Below are positions 35,993 through 48,972 of a DNA stretch of 64,000 bases, piece after piece. How positions within the stretch are numbered: position 1 is the first letter of the stretch; each line of letters starts with the position of its first letter. This stretch comes from Felis catus (lineage: Eukaryota). Below the pieces are notes generated by a model. The model worked only from the letters and a program-made list of their open reading frames with translations. It was not told the DNA's origin and made no database searches. The stretch is taken from contig NC_058368.1 of NCBI RefSeq assembly GCF_018350175.1, positions 113,028,001 to 113,092,000 of the forward strand, read 5' to 3'. Position numbers and translations under genes: made by a program.

Positions 35993-36289
35993 CTGAGACA
36001 GATAAAATTTGTTAACATGCTATAGGTCAGTAAAACTGTCACCTTTGAGGTTATCTTTTCTACCTGATAGATACCTACATGGGGCATTTAACTTCACCAA
36101 CAGTGATTTCATAACTACTGGTAAATAGCAACGTCAAACACAGGCATGTTGCTAGACACTGCAACAGTCTTGGTGTGAGTCTGTTACACAGTGCGGCGGT
36201 CGATATTGAGAGACCATGCTACTCACCTTTTGCCTTCTTTCCAAGTTTAATTAAGTTTTTTCGCTGGTGAGATGAGGAGGCGTCATGTC

Positions 36290-36406
36290 AGGTTTTAGAT
36301 GATCAGCTCCAGGAGGGCATCACCTTATTTGTATCAATCCGTGTTGTCTTGCCTCAATGCCTGACACGCAGCAGGTGCTCAATGAATGTTTGCTGAGTGA
36401 GTGAAT
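36290..36406 (+). mobile_element. L2 3' end
   Basis: TGCCTGACACGCAGCAGGTGCTCAATGAATGTTTGCTGAGTGAGTGAAT. Confidence 0.7.
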
Positions 36407-36739
36407 AAGGCTCTCCTACCTCATTCTGAATGTTTCCTGCCATGCAATCTGTGATTCAACCACCCTGAATTCCTTCTATTCTTTAAACAAGCCATGCTCT
36501 CTCTCACCATGAGACTTTTGCATTTCCTTTTCTCTGGCCCCGAGCCCCTGTGCCCATCCACCTTGCCTAGCAAGGAGCCCCACCTTCGCTCTCGGCTTAG
36601 ACCTCACCTCCTCTGGGAAGTAATGTCTGGTTGCCTCATCTCCCCATGATGATTTCCTCTGCTCTCACCATGTCTGTGCTCAATGCCACAGCACTTAACA
36701 TACATGCGCCTTCTGCAGACCTCCCCTCGATGGTCTAAC

Positions 36740-36960
36740 GTAGCAAACGGTCATAGTTGAAGCATCAACTCTAGAGTCAGACTGCCGGGGTTCAAACCCT
36801 GGCTCTGCAACGGACTAGCTGATCTTCTGTGACTCAGTGTTCTCATCTGTAAAACAGGGATAACATGAGTACCTCTACTACATACAGATGTGGTAAAGAT
36901 TAAGTATCGAGGGCTTAGGACAGAGCTTGAGATATGGCTAGCACATGGGAAGCTATTGTT
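36740..36960 (+). mobile_element. MIR
   Basis: CTCTAGAGTCAGACTGCCGGGGTTCAAACCCTGGCTCTGC..CTCAGTGTTCTCATCTGTAAAACAGGGATAA. Confidence 0.8.
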
Positions 36961-37381
36961 GTTTTGTAAATTCCTTGAAATTGGAACCACCATCTTGGTC
37001 ACCACTGTCCTCCATTTCTGACGCAGGATGCCTGATGTGGAGTTAAGTGCTCAGAATTCTCTAGTGACTTGAATAGAATTGTGAGCCATTGACGACCATC
37101 CTTTCCCGGGCCCAGAATTGGAGATCAGAGAGTAATGTCTTGGTAGTGAGGTAAGCTACCCAGAGAGGCTTAACTCCAAAGCCAGAAGAGGCCTGCCCCA
37201 CCCCCACCCCCCAAAATGTCTGGAAGTCAAACAACTAACCAATCCTGGTGGTCCCCGGAAGAGGTTGCTGACTTAAGTCTTCTGGGACATAGGCCTCATT
37301 ACATCACAGGCACAGGCAACCTATTCCAAAAGGAGTATGGATTCTTAGCAATGGCAGACCTTTCTATTTCTGCCTCGCCAG

Positions 37382-37421
37382 CACGCACACACGCACACGC
37401 ACACACACACACACACACACA
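37382..37421. repeat. (CA)n/(CACG) microsatellite
   Basis: Seen directly. Confidence 0.9.
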
Positions 37422-38069
37422 CCTCCTTCCATCTCACCCTCAAGCTTCCTAGATCAGGAAATTCTCCAGCAGCCTTGAGACCCATTACACTGACCCTAGG
37501 GATCAGCCTTTGAATTTCCCAAGTTTGCCTAGGTCCAGGGTGTCCCTTGGAGCAATATAGAAGTGTTTGCTCTGGCTAAGGGAATGTAGTGCCACACTTT
37601 CCTTTGTTTGGCTCCTGGGGTTGCTAGCTGAGCCATCACACCCTTTTGGGTGCACAGACTGAGAACTATCCACCTTCAGCCCTTCTGCCCAGTGGGTTTT
37701 GGAAGCACCAGCCCAGCCAGGAATGGCGCAGAGCCACTCACACAGGTAGAACCCACACGGCTTAATCAAACTCACACTCCTGCAGGCATCTGCATCCAGC
37801 CCCCATAGAGTGAAAAGAGAACATAAATTACGAGAAAGGCACAGTCACTTCGCAGAAATTACCCCGAGCCAGCATGGAATTTGTACATGGACAGAAATGA
37901 TGAGATTCAGTATGAATTTTTAAGGGCCTCATCTTATTACATGCTGAACTGGTGTGGGCCGAATCCAAATGAGCAATGAGGAAGCATCACCGAGGACAGT
38001 CTATACCATCCTAGTTGCCATTTCTTATTTAGTTAGGTTTTAGAACTATTACCTTTGTGATTCTCATTT

Positions 38070-38282
38070 ATTTTATTTTTAAAATTTTTTAGTATTTATT
38101 TTTGAGGAAGACAGAGCGTGAGCAGGGGAGGGGCAGAGAGAGAGGGAGACACAGAATCGGAAGCAGGCTCCAGGCTCTGAGCTGCCAGCACAGAGCCCGA
38201 CGTGGGGCTCGAACCCACGAACTGTGAGATCATGACCCGAGCTGAAGTCGGATGTCCAACCGACTGAGCCACCCAGACACCC
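38070..38282 (-). mobile_element. Can-SINE (feliform)
   Basis: TSD TGTGATT(C/T)TCATTT on both sides. Confidence 0.96.
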
Positions 38283-39152
38283 TGTGATTTTCATTTTAAT
38301 GCTTTTATTTCCCATAACATGAGGGAGCTTGAAAACACAACATAAACACAAGCTTTAAAAAATGAAATAAAATTAAATGGCACCCCTTTGAATTATTATT
38401 GCAATTTTGCCTTTGAGAAAAATGAGCCAGGAAAGTTACACAAAATGTCAAAGGTCATGTAGCATTATGGCTACAGAGACTTAGACCCCTGGATTCCGGA
38501 TTTCTAGAAACACTGCCTCACCCAATCCTCATTCTGTGAGTTGGGTGCTGTTATTCCACCATTAGACGGCCAAGGAAGCACTCTCCTGAAGTGGATGAGA
38601 CTGAATACAATTTACCTAAGAGAGCAGATATTTGACGAAAAAGTACAGTTGAATTGTGCACACCTGGGTGACTAAGCAAATTTTAATAGTTTAATAAGAG
38701 CATTCAAAAAGCTTAGCAGTATTGGCAAAGGGTGTTTCAAATGCCATGCCCGGACTGACCGTCTTCCTCTCTAATCTCTCCAAGGAGAGTGGCTTGTTGA
38801 CATTTGAAGGGTCATTGTCCCAAAAGGCAGCTTGCCCGGACCCATGACACTGCCAGAAATCACAAGACCACGCTGAAAATACACAAAGACATTCCCTGTG
38901 GCCCCAGGCATCTCTGGCTTGAATAAAAGATAGCATTTTAGCACTAGGACCCTGCAATTTCAAAGGATAAACTGGCATCATCCCTTTGAGAATATCACCT
39001 TGAGTCCATTTTAGGAAAGAAAGAATAGAAAGTAGCATTTTGTCAAACATCATCTCCTCCTACTGCCTCCACCCTCTGCAGCAATCCCAGGGAGGTGGGC
39101 AGGTGGGTCGCAAATAGGTCAAGGCCCTGCCTTGATAAACAAGAAGCGTATA

Positions 39153-39473
39153 CAGTTTACCCTCGAACAACACGGGGTTGAGCTGTGCGGGTCCATTTGT
39201 CTGCAGATTTTTTATAGGCAGTATCTTAGGTGTGTTTTATGATTTTCTTACTAGCATTTTCTTTTCTCTAGCTGACTTTATCGCAAGAATATAGTCTATA
39301 ATACATATAACATAGGAAATATGTGTTGACCGATTGTTGACGTTATCTGTAAGGCTTCAGGTCAACAGTAGGTTATCAGTAGTTAGTCTGAGGGGGGAGT
39401 CAGAAGTTACACGGAGACTTGACTACATGGGGGTCAGCGCCCCTAACCTCCCACCTTGTTCAAGGGTCAGCTG
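39153..39473. mobile_element. Tigger2-derived non-autonomous DNA transposon (TcMar-Tigger)
   Basis: TIRs CAGTTTACCCTCGAACAA and TTGTTCAAGGGTCAGCTG, with TA on the left flank. Confidence 0.85.
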
Positions 39474-40920
39474 TCATTTGCCAGAGGCCTCTTTTCCCAG
39501 GCTCTAGCCCAAAGTTTCTTATGTTTCCTCTCTGCGCCAGGAAAACCTTGCCAGGTGAGCCCTGTGTGCTAGGCGTCTGCCATCTTTGCTCCCTCCCAGC
39601 CAACCTTTAGTCCCTGGAAACACTCAGCCTGGCTTCTGAATCCACAGAGCCTTGAGGTGGCTTCCTGGTGTGTGTGTGAGTGACTTCGTGTGTAACTGTC
39701 AGTACCTGGGGCTGGCTAATGTGTTCTACCTGCCAGGTAATATATTCCTCCTTTAACGGGCTTCTTGAGACAGTTTTTTTTTTTAATTGTCCTTTGAAAC
39801 TAAGTGCAGTTATTACTTTAATTGGTTAAGAGAGAAATTATATAACACAAGAAAATTATTGGGGCTTTTTTGACATTACACGTTAGTTTTCCCCTCTGTA
39901 GATCAAATGATTGCACTTTTAAAACCATTCCTTCTGAATCAGTCATTTCCCAATTTTTATTCCTTGATGTGATTGAGTCCCCCCTGGGTACTCCCCAAGA
40001 AAGTCTCAATCTAACTAAAATGCTTCCCAACAAGACCGTAAAATATATATAATCTGATACATGCTTCCATTTTCCCAATTTTAAAAATCTCTCTTTTTTG
40101 AAACCTCTTTCCTGATATTTACCACTAATGTCTAATTTGTTTATCATTATTATTTTGGGGGTCATGAAATCCATATTTTTTTATTTACTTATTTTTAATT
40201 AAGGTATCATTGACATGCAACATTACATTAGTTTCAGGTGTACAACATAATGATTCGATATTTGTGTGTATTGTGAAAGGAGTAAGTCTAGTTAACATCT
40301 GTCTAGTAAGTCTTGTTAATATCCGTTACTATACATGATTACCAACTTCGTGTATGTGATGAGAACTTGTAAGATGTACTCCTTTAGCAACTTGCTAATG
40401 TGCAGTACATTATTATTAACTATGGTAATCATGCTGTACATCATATCCCCATGACATTTATTTATAACTGGAAGTTCGTAACTTTGGACCACCTTCACTT
40501 AGGCCCACCTCCACCGTTCACCTCTGGCAACCACCCATCTGTTCTCTGTATATATGACCTTGTTTTTTGGTGTTCTGTTATTTAAATTCTATGTAGACAT
40601 GAAAGCATATGACAGTTGACTATCTCTGACTTATTTCACTTAGCGTAATATACTCTAGGTCCATCCATGTTGCTGAAAATGGTAAGATTTCATTCCTTTT
40701 TATGGCTGAGTGACATTCCTCTGTGTGCGTGTATCTGTGTGTGTGGACAACACATCTTCTTTATCCACTGGTGAACTCCCAAGTTGTTTCCATAATTTGG
40801 CTATTGTAAATAATGCCACAATGAACACAGGGTCACGTATATCTTTTCAAACTACCATTTTTGTTTTCTTCAGATAATTGCCCAGAGGTGGCATTGTTGG
40901 ATCATATGGTAGTTCCATTT

Positions 40921-41148
40921 TTTTTTTTAATTTTTTTTTCTTTCAACGTTTTTATTTATTTTTGGGACAGAGAGAGACAGAGCATGAACGGGGGAGGGGC
41001 AGAGAGAGAGGGAGACACAGAATCGGAAACAGGCTCCAGGCTCCGAGCCATCAGCCCAGAGCCTGACGTGGGGCTCGAACTCACAGACCGCGAGATCGTG
41101 ACCTGGTTGAAGTCGGATGCTTAACCGACTGCGCCACCCAGGCGCCCC
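40921..41148 (-). mobile_element. Can-SINE, young SINEC_Fc type, inside L1
   Basis: TSD GGTA(G/C)TTCCATTT on both sides. Confidence 0.97.
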
Positions 41149-42186
41149 GGTACTTCCATTTTTAATGAGAAATGTCTATACTGTTTTCCATACTGGCTAC
41201 ACCAATTTACATTCCCACCTGCAGCGTACGAGGAGAAATTCCATTTCTCCACATTCTCACCAACACTTGTTATTTCTTACCTTTTTGACAGTAGCCAATC
41301 TGGTAGGTGTGAGGTGATATTTCATTGTGGTTTTGACTTGCATTTCCCTGATGGCTTGTGATGTTGAGCATCTTTTCATGTGTGTGTCGGCTGTGTGGAT
41401 GTCTTCTTTGGAAAAACGTCTATTCAGATCCTCTGCCCATTGTTTCATTGGAGTGTTGTTTTGCTTTTGAGTTGTATGGATTTACTTATTTATTTTGGGA
41501 ATTAACCCCTTATGAAATATATGATTTGCAGATATTTTCACCCATTTCATAGGTTGCCTTTTCATTTCATTTTGTTGATGGTTCTCTTTGCTGTGCAGAA
41601 CCTTTTTCGTTTGATGTAGTTTTTTTTTGTTTGTTTGTTTTCTTTTTTCTTTTTTTAGTTTTCATTTGTTGCCTTTGCTTTGGGTGCAAATTCCAAAATA
41701 TATATATCACTAAGACTGCTGTCAAGGAGCTTAGCACCTATGTTTTCTTCTAGGATTCTTATGGTGTTAGGTGTTCTGTTCAAGCCTTTAATTCATTTTG
41801 AGTTAATTCTTGCATGTGGTTTAAGAGAGTGGTTCCGTTTTATTTTTGTGCATGTAGCTGTCTAGTTTTCCCAACACCATTTGTTGAAGAGACTTTTTCC
41901 CATTGGATATTTTTGGTTCCTTTGCCATAAATTAATTGACCATACATGTGTGGGCCTATTTCTTGGCTTTCTATTCTATTCCATTGATCTACGCGTCTGT
42001 GTATTTTTGTTAGTACCATACTGTCTTCATGACTATTGCTTTGTAATAGAGTTTGAAATCAGGGAGCATAGTCCCTCCAGCTTTGTTCCTCTTTCTCAGT
42101 ATTGTTTTGGCAATTCAGAGTCTTTTGTGGTTCCATACAAATTTTATGATTCTCATTTTCTCTTTTTATTAAAAAATGCCATTGGA

Positions 42187-42423
42187 GGGGTGCCTGGGTG
42201 GCGCAGTCGGTTAAGCATCCGACTTCAGCCAGGTCACGATCTTGCGGTCCGTGAGTTCGAGCCCCGCGTCAGGTTCTGGGCTGATGGCTCAGAGCCTGGA
42301 GCCTGTTTCCGATTCTGTGTCTCCCTCTCTCTCTGCCCCTCCCCCGTTCATGCTCTGTCTCTCTCTGTCCCCCAAAAAATAAATAAACGTTGAAAAAAAA
42401 AATTTTTAAATAAAAAATAAAAA
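42187..42423 (+). mobile_element. Can-SINE, young SINEC_Fc type, inside L1
   Basis: TSD AAAAATGCCATTGGA at 42172-42186 and 42424-42438. Confidence 0.97.
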
Positions 42424-45023
42424 AAAAATGCCATTGGAAATTTGATAGAAATGGCCCTGAATCTGTGAATTGCTTTGGGTAGTATGGACATTTTGGCAAC
42501 ATCCTTCCATCCAATCCATGAACATTAATTTTACCTTTACATTTTATCTTTCCCCTTATTTGGGTCTTCTTCAGTTTCTTTCATCAGAGTCTTACAGTTT
42601 TCAGTGTATAGCGCTTTCATCTACATGGTTAAATGTATTCCTATATAGTTTATTCTTTTTGATGCGATTTTAAATGGGATTGTTTTCTTGATTCCTCTTT
42701 CTGATAGGTCATTATTCATATATAGAAACACAACAGATTTCTGTACATTGATTTTTGATGCTGCAACTTTATTGAATTCATTTATCAGTTGTAAATAAAG
42801 CTTTTTGTTAGTGTGTTTAGGGTTTTCTGTAGATGGTGTCATGTCACCTTGAATGACTGTTTAACTTCTTTCCATTCTTGATGTCTTTCGATTTTTTTTT
42901 TTTTTTTGCTAATGCTGTGGCTAGAATTTCTGATACTATATTGAATAAAAGTGGTGAGAGTTGGCAGCTTTGTCTTGTTCCTGATCTTAGAGGAAAAACT
43001 TTTAGTTTGTCAGTATTCCGTATGATGTTAGCCATGGGTTTGTCATATATGGCTTTTATTGTGTTGAACTGTGTTTCTTCCATACCTCTTTATTGAGAGC
43101 TTTTATCACAAATGGATGCTGAATTTTGTCAAATGCTTTTTGCACATCTATTGAGATGATCGCATGATTTTTATGCTTCATTTTGCTAATGTGGTGCATA
43201 TTGAATACCTCTTATGTGTTAGGTATTCAACAGCCACCAGACAGTAATGGCTCCCGCCTTTAAAGTCTTCCATTTGGGTATGTAAGGTTATGAGCTCTGA
43301 ATCTTTTCCTTCTTCCTGCCTGGAGATATCTCCCTGTTTCAGTGTTTGTAGTGCATGCCAGCCTCTCCTGCACGTAGCGGGCAGAGCAGGGTCTGAGCCA
43401 TATTCCTAGTCCAACCTGTATAGAGGATACCGTAAACGTGGATGGCAGTGGTGGGAGAACATCACAACCCTCTGTCTTTTGCTTCACTATTCAGAGGCTC
43501 TATTGTGTAGGACAGTCCCTCTCAGGGCCACACCACAGCCCTTCACCCTTCCAGGCACCTGCTGTCCTGTTGACCTGCTTGGTCATGATCTAGTGCACCA
43601 GATGCCAGATGCATCACTTCACATTGAGTACAAATCACATGGCATTATGTAAGACAGACACCAGCACTGCTCACGGGTTGTTCCTTCCTCTTGGCAGAAG
43701 GCAATGACAAGTGCATGCTGTTGAGCAGCTGCTGTGTCTTAGGCAATTACTTTTCTAAGCCCTCAACCCACCTGCAAGGGAAGTGTTGGAAACCCTCTGA
43801 AGTCGAGCTGACTTGCTCACGACCATACAGGAGTTAAACTCAGGTCTTGCTAGATCCATAGCAGGTGCTTATCCCACTACACCACACTCTATGGAGTAAA
43901 ATTAAGGGCTCTGCTCTGAAAAACCAGGGGGTCAATTTGCTGAGGTGGATAAACCTAGATTCTTTGCCGTCTTACCGATAGCTGTGGCACGTGCCCTGTG
44001 GGATGGCAGTCTTTTCCTCGCATAACCTAAAGAAAACACAAATATCTGTCGGTGGAAGAGAGCTGACAGGAAGGAGCTCAGGAGAGCTTTACCAGGGTGA
44101 CATGAAATCCCAGTAAGCCAGCAAACTATGGCAGATGCTTTACTCATGAACAACTTTAGAGTCCAGCTGGGGCCAGCATGCTGCGTGCTGTACCAATGAG
44201 ATTCCTGAAAGATGGGCTGAGGTCGGGGTAAAATTGGGACTCATTCCCAGAGAATGTCGCGAGCTGTTGGGGTGCCATTGAGGCCCCGTTGAGTTATCGC
44301 AGATTTCCATCATGGCAGCCAATGGGTGGCAGGCACCAGCTCTGGGCAAGTCTCTGGGCTGGGGCTAAGTTTCCAGCCATGAACCCTGCATGGTGGAGTG
44401 AAGTGGCAGTCAGATGGAGGAGCCTCCGGCAGCAGAAGTGGGTAACTCCCACTCAGATCTGTCGGTGTGAACAGCAACCCCTCACCCCCAGCACTTACCA
44501 CTGCATAAGACAGGGCACGCATACCATAGTGAGTGACGTTCATTCAAGGGACACCTACAGGCCAATGAGAAGACGAGGCTAGTAAGACACAGCCCTTAAT
44601 CTCAAGTGCCTGGCTTTTGAGCATCATTCCACACGTTTTACAGAAGAAGGAAAATACTCCCAGAAGGCTTGTTAACTTGCTTGGGGTCACGGGGTCGGCG
44701 TGTAGTAGATGCAGTATTAGAATGCTGGAGTACCTGACCACGGAGCCTGGATCTTTCCACGATACCACAGATGCTGAAATAACTCTAAAATGGTCCACTA
44801 AATTAATTTCAAAATATCCACCCCGGTCTAGAAGCACTCCCTGGAGTCTGAAGAGATGCTCTGATACATGGCCAGTGGCTTATTCATGAGGTCAGGCGGG
44901 TCAGTCAGCCGAGAGGCCTAGAAAGAGCCAAGCTGTTGCAGAAACTCTTCCTGAGAGCCAGTTCTCACTGCAGAGGGAGGGGCCCTGCATCTTGGCCTAA
45001 CAGCCCACAGTTAGATCCTCTCC

Positions 45024-45394
45024 ATGGCAGATACAGAGATCCCTTAAAGGAAGGGATCCAGCCGAAATGCTGGCAGCAAATGCCTCCTGTTATCAGCTCC
45101 TTCAGAATCTGCCTCAACTGCAGAGTGCTGTCTCACCCGGGGGTATGCCCTTCCTAAACGGGCCTATATTCAGTGGCGCAAGGCCTGGCCATTTGGGCCC
45201 AACTTGGAGTGGGTGATAACTGCTCCCCAACTCCCCACCAGGTTGGCCAGGCTTGGTGGGGCTTACATCATAATGGACTTCTCCTGCTGTTCACTGCTGC
45301 TTCCTTCCTTTCCTTGCACAGGTGTTGACCCCAATAAACCTCTTGTCCTCCAGTCTGTTTCGGCATCTGCTCTCAGAGACACCAACCTGCAACA
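45024..45394 (+). mobile_element. ERVL solo LTR (LTR16-like)
   Basis: CACAGGTGTTGACCCCAATAAACCTC..CATCTGC..CCAACCTGCAACA end. Confidence 0.7.
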
Positions 45395-45734
45395 GTACCG
45401 AATCCCTTCAGGCATATGCATGTGTGAGCATTGGGCTGGGGGAGAGAGATACAGAGGAACAGCATAGCCCTTGCTGTGAAGATGCTCATTGTTGGGCATA
45501 AGGGGAGAAGTGTGGGTGGCTCAGCTCAAACTCCCATCTGCAGAAGATGAGCTCAGAGTCTAGTCCTCCTCCTTCTGCCCAAGAGCCCACGCAGTGGGGC
45601 TGTCCTTGGCCTTCAGGCTGCTGATGGCGAATCACGTAGGACCAGGACCATACGAGGAGACCTTCTGGACCTGGACACTGGCTTTTTCCCAGCTGATCTG
45701 CCAGTTACTTTGCTTATAGCCTTTGCTTCATATC

Positions 45735-45962
45735 CACTGACACCATCCTGGTCCAAGCCACTGGCCTCTTTACTGGGCTTTTCCACCACCTCTTTCTCTG
45801 GCCTCCTGCTTCTGGTCATTCTCCACACCACATTCACAGTAAACTCAAAATAGAAGGCAGATCACTTCTTCCACTGCTTAAACCTTTCCAATGGCTTCTT
45901 ATTGCTTTTAGAAGAAAATCCACATCATCTAACATGGTCTAGAATGTTCTCCATGGTCTGGC
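45735..45962 (+). mobile_element. L2 fragment
   Basis: ATCCTGGTCCAAGCCAC..CTGCTTAAACCTTTCCAATGGCTTC. Confidence 0.65.
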
Positions 45963-45984
45963 GCTATCTATATTTTGCATATAT

Positions 45985-46820
45985 TTTTTCAGCAAATATT
46001 TTTTGAATGTCTGCCACATGCCAAGCAATGTGTTCTGTGCTGGAGATACAACAGTGAACAAGACAAAGCTCTTTTTTCCAATGAGTGGGGAGACATAGAC
46101 AACAAGCAAGAAAATGAATAACAAATGTATTAGACCAAAAATGTCATGGAGGGAACAAAAACAAGCTCCTGGGGTGGATGTTGGGGGAAGCTGGGAAAAG
46201 GAGGAGACGGAGTGCCCATAATAAATTGATGTTTCAGCAGAGGCATTAGAGAGCTTTAAGAGAGGGAGTCATGTCAGTATCTGGTGTGGGGAGCGGGGGC
46301 AGGAAGTGCTCCAGCAGAGAAAGGAGCAAGTGCAAAGGCCCTGAGGTGGGAGTGTGCTCAGCCTGTTTCAGGAAAGCAGGGTGGCGGCAGGAGCAGAGTG
46401 GATGGGAAGGAATGGAGGTAAGAGTTCAGGAGCATGACGGTTCTCATGGGTAATTACAGCACTGTGTAGCGCATAAGTGTTACCACATTACACTACAGTC
46501 TGAATCTCCCAGAGCTGGCAGCTCTGAGAGGGTTTGTGCAGAACGGTGCCATCGCTGACTTGATTTCCGGGGGTGAGGGGTGGGAGGGGAAGCTGGAGAC
46601 CCGGTAGGCATCGTCCTACAGGGCTGGAATAGGATGGCCGTGGTGGAGGTGGGCAGAGGTGGCCAGCGTCTAGAACCCTGGAGCTGCCTGGTAGCTGGCT
46701 CTAGCGTTTGAGAGAGGGTTAGGGATCGCCCCAAGGTTTGGGACCTGGGCTACATAAGGGGAAGACCATGCCACGGGCAGTTTGGTATGAAATTAGGAAC
46801 TCCTGTAAGACAAGTCAGGT
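45985..46820 (-). mobile_element. L2a fragment
   Basis: CAGCAAATATTTTTTGAATG..TGCTGGAGATACAACAGTGAACAAGACA..GTGCAAAGGCCCTGAGGTGGGAG. Confidence 0.75.
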
Positions 46821-47009
46821 TCACTGTTGCATATCTTACCACTACCCCCGAATCACTGTGCTCTCACACCAGGTGTCCATCAGTTTCTAGAAAATGAAGC
46901 CTACTTTACCAGAGGGCCTTGCACTTGCAGAGCCCCTGGGTCAGCTTCTCCCGGAGTGTGCCTAGAAGGGGACAGCAGCCAGCTGACAGACACACAGGAC
47001 TTTGAGCCT

Positions 47010-47280
47010 CAGGCACTTTCCTCCTTCAAGTCCTCAACAGGACCGTCACTTCCTGTCCATGTGCTGAAAGAAGTTTCCATCCCCTTCTAGTCACATAAGC
47101 TCTGCTTTCTTCGGGGACCGTGTTACACTCTCTGTAACCTATTTGTTTGTTTGCTGTGTACTTGCTTATTTGCTCGGCTGTTAGCCCCACAAGGGTCAAG
47201 ACCATGGCTCTCCTGCTCCTTAGCACTTAGCTCAGTGCCTGGCCCATGGTGGTTAGTCAATAAACATTTGTTAATTTAAT
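47010..47280 (+). mobile_element. L2 3' end
   Basis: AGCACTTAGCTCAGTGCCTGGCCCATGG..TCAATAAACATTTGTT. Confidence 0.65.
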
Positions 47281-47379
47281 AAGGAGAAGGAATGATCATC
47301 CTATAGTGCAGGGGCTTTGGAGCCTGGGAGAGGAGATGGCACGAAATATTGGTCACGTGTGAGAACGAGCGAGGGCAGA

Positions 47380-47720
47380 CAGGGCCAAAGGAACACTGCC
47401 TGGCAAGGGGGCAGGGACAGGGTGTAGCCGGGGAGGCCTTACAAGGCCGGCTCCCCAGAGCGCAGGAGCTGGAGCAGGCGCGCAGCGAGCCCCGGCCTTG
47501 CTGCAGGCAGAGGGGGGTTGGGAACCGCCAGGCGGGGGGCAGCTCCACCAGGCTCCCGGGAGGCAGGCCAGGCAGGTGGACCGCCTTCTCCCCTCCACGC
47601 GGCCAGCAGAGGGAGGGTGCACAGTGCCCCAGCGGGCCAGGGAGCACCAGGAATGGAACGACCTGCACTGGCTGCCAGAAAGCCTTTCCAAAAGCTCCTA
47701 GCCCCAGGTGGCAGAGGGAG
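47380..47720. promoter_or_regulatory. GC/CpG-rich patch with CTCF-like motifs (candidate regulatory element)
   Basis: High local GC with clustered CpGs. CCAGCAGAGGGAG at 47603-47615 and GCCCCAGGTGGCAG at 47701-47714. Confidence 0.35.
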
Positions 47721-48972
47721 GCACAGCAGCCATAAATCAGAATTCACTGCAGCTGTCACGCAGAGGGTAGTTCCCCAGCACATCCTTTCAGACACTGCAG
47801 GCAAGAAACCCCGCTGGGCTGAGCCACCAGGGCCAAGCCTGTCCACTGTGTGTTCTAACTCCAACGCCTGCCTGACGGCCGCAACCGTCATCGAAGCTTC
47901 TCTGCTGAAAAGTTCTGACCTTGAAAATCCTTGCCTTAAACACAGTCGGAACTTAGCGCTCCAGCCAAGGTCAAGGCCTACAGTGCACGCAGCTACTGGA
48001 GAGTACCGAAACCCTCGCTGTGCTTCAACCCCCACCTGCCCTGTGTATCCCGGTTGCCCCCCACCCCCCACCCCCCACCACTGCGGTGAAAGGTTTCTCT
48101 GAAGTGGGTTCCCATCACCAGCGGAAGGACTCCGATTGTGTGAGCTCAGAGCAGGGCGCAGGCGCCTGTGGTAGGACAGGCCGGCTCTACTGGCTGGCAA
48201 CGCCGTCAGGGATAAAGGCATTTTGGCATATTTCCTGGGAAATACTGGCACTTGGTGGTGTTGGCTTGCTTGAGCCCATGGATCCCTCTGCTTTGGGGTA
48301 TTTTTCTTGGCTTCCTGAAGCCTTAGACAGTGTGGTCTCTCCGCTCAATGACTCTGGCTGGGCTGTGGGCCAGGGTTAGGCCGGCTGCCCTGAAGGACAG
48401 GACCCCACTGTATCAGCACTGTGTCTGGAACCAAGGGGGCATGCTCATTTGGAAGAAATGTCCGCCCCCCTCCCCTGACTTGTGGGCTCCCCAGTCAGTC
48501 CCAGGACTTCAGGGGTGATGATGGTGGGAAAATTGGAAGGCTTGGCTGTGGGTCATTTCCTCTCCTCCTATTTACCCCTCCTCCAAATCTCGTGGGAGAG
48601 CTTCCTCCGGGGCCATCCTCCCTGGCTGTGCTGTCAGGGGCCCACTGCTACCTGTACTCCCCCCCCCCCCCCCACTCCCCCAACTCCTGGGTTACCTCCC
48701 AGAGGCCGGGCCAAGCTCACAGCTCGGTCCTCCACTGCCCCCCAGTGGTTGTATTAGTTCACTGCACCCTGACTGCGGAGCAAGCTCTTTATTTCCTTTA
48801 ATTCCCTCACACATGGTAGAAATTGCATTCCTACCATATTCCTAACCCTCTCCCTGGGGCTGTAAAGGACGTAGCACCTGTCCTAAAAAGAGTATAATCT
48901 CCCCCAAGAGGTGAAGGCATACCCACAAGGGAACAGTGAAACCAAATAGAGTAGCATTCGCTTTCAGTGAAA

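Larger units (their letters stand above)
34877..36255 (-). mobile_element. ERV1 LTR (LTR37-like), right copy, split by an MLT1 LTR
   Basis: TGTAGAATAAACGTGTTAAAGATTTACTGACTCATCCATAAGGGAACTAGTAAG. Homology to the left copy resumes after 35992. Confidence 0.65.
40176..43203 (-). mobile_element. 5'-truncated L1 (L1MA9/old carnivore-like) with decayed ORF2 RT and C-terminal remnants
   Basis: Fragments [34 protein letters not shown] (42844-43083), LINEFNKVA..KINVQKS (42621-42842) and WAEDLNRRFSKED..YHLTPTR..NKCW (41257-41448). 3' UTR and poly(T) near 40176. Confidence 0.95.

Noticed and set aside
41257..43083. L1 ORF2 fragments as an active reverse transcriptase gene
   Set aside because: The element is 5'-truncated, has multiple stops and frameshifts, and carries SINE insertions.
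43201..43230. Perfect 10-bp hairpin TTGAATACCT..AGGTATTCAA at the L1 5' junction
   Set aside because: It is short and resembles a self-complementary L2/MIR-type end motif, so it cannot be distinguished from chance.
44040..44500. Possible additional old LTR or internal fragment
   Set aside because: I could not recognise termini or a family signature with enough confidence.
47439..48251. Longest ORF (270 aa, minus strand) and the overlapping 194-aa plus-strand ORF
   Set aside because: GC-rich stop-poor DNA open in several frames at once, with no recognisable domain.
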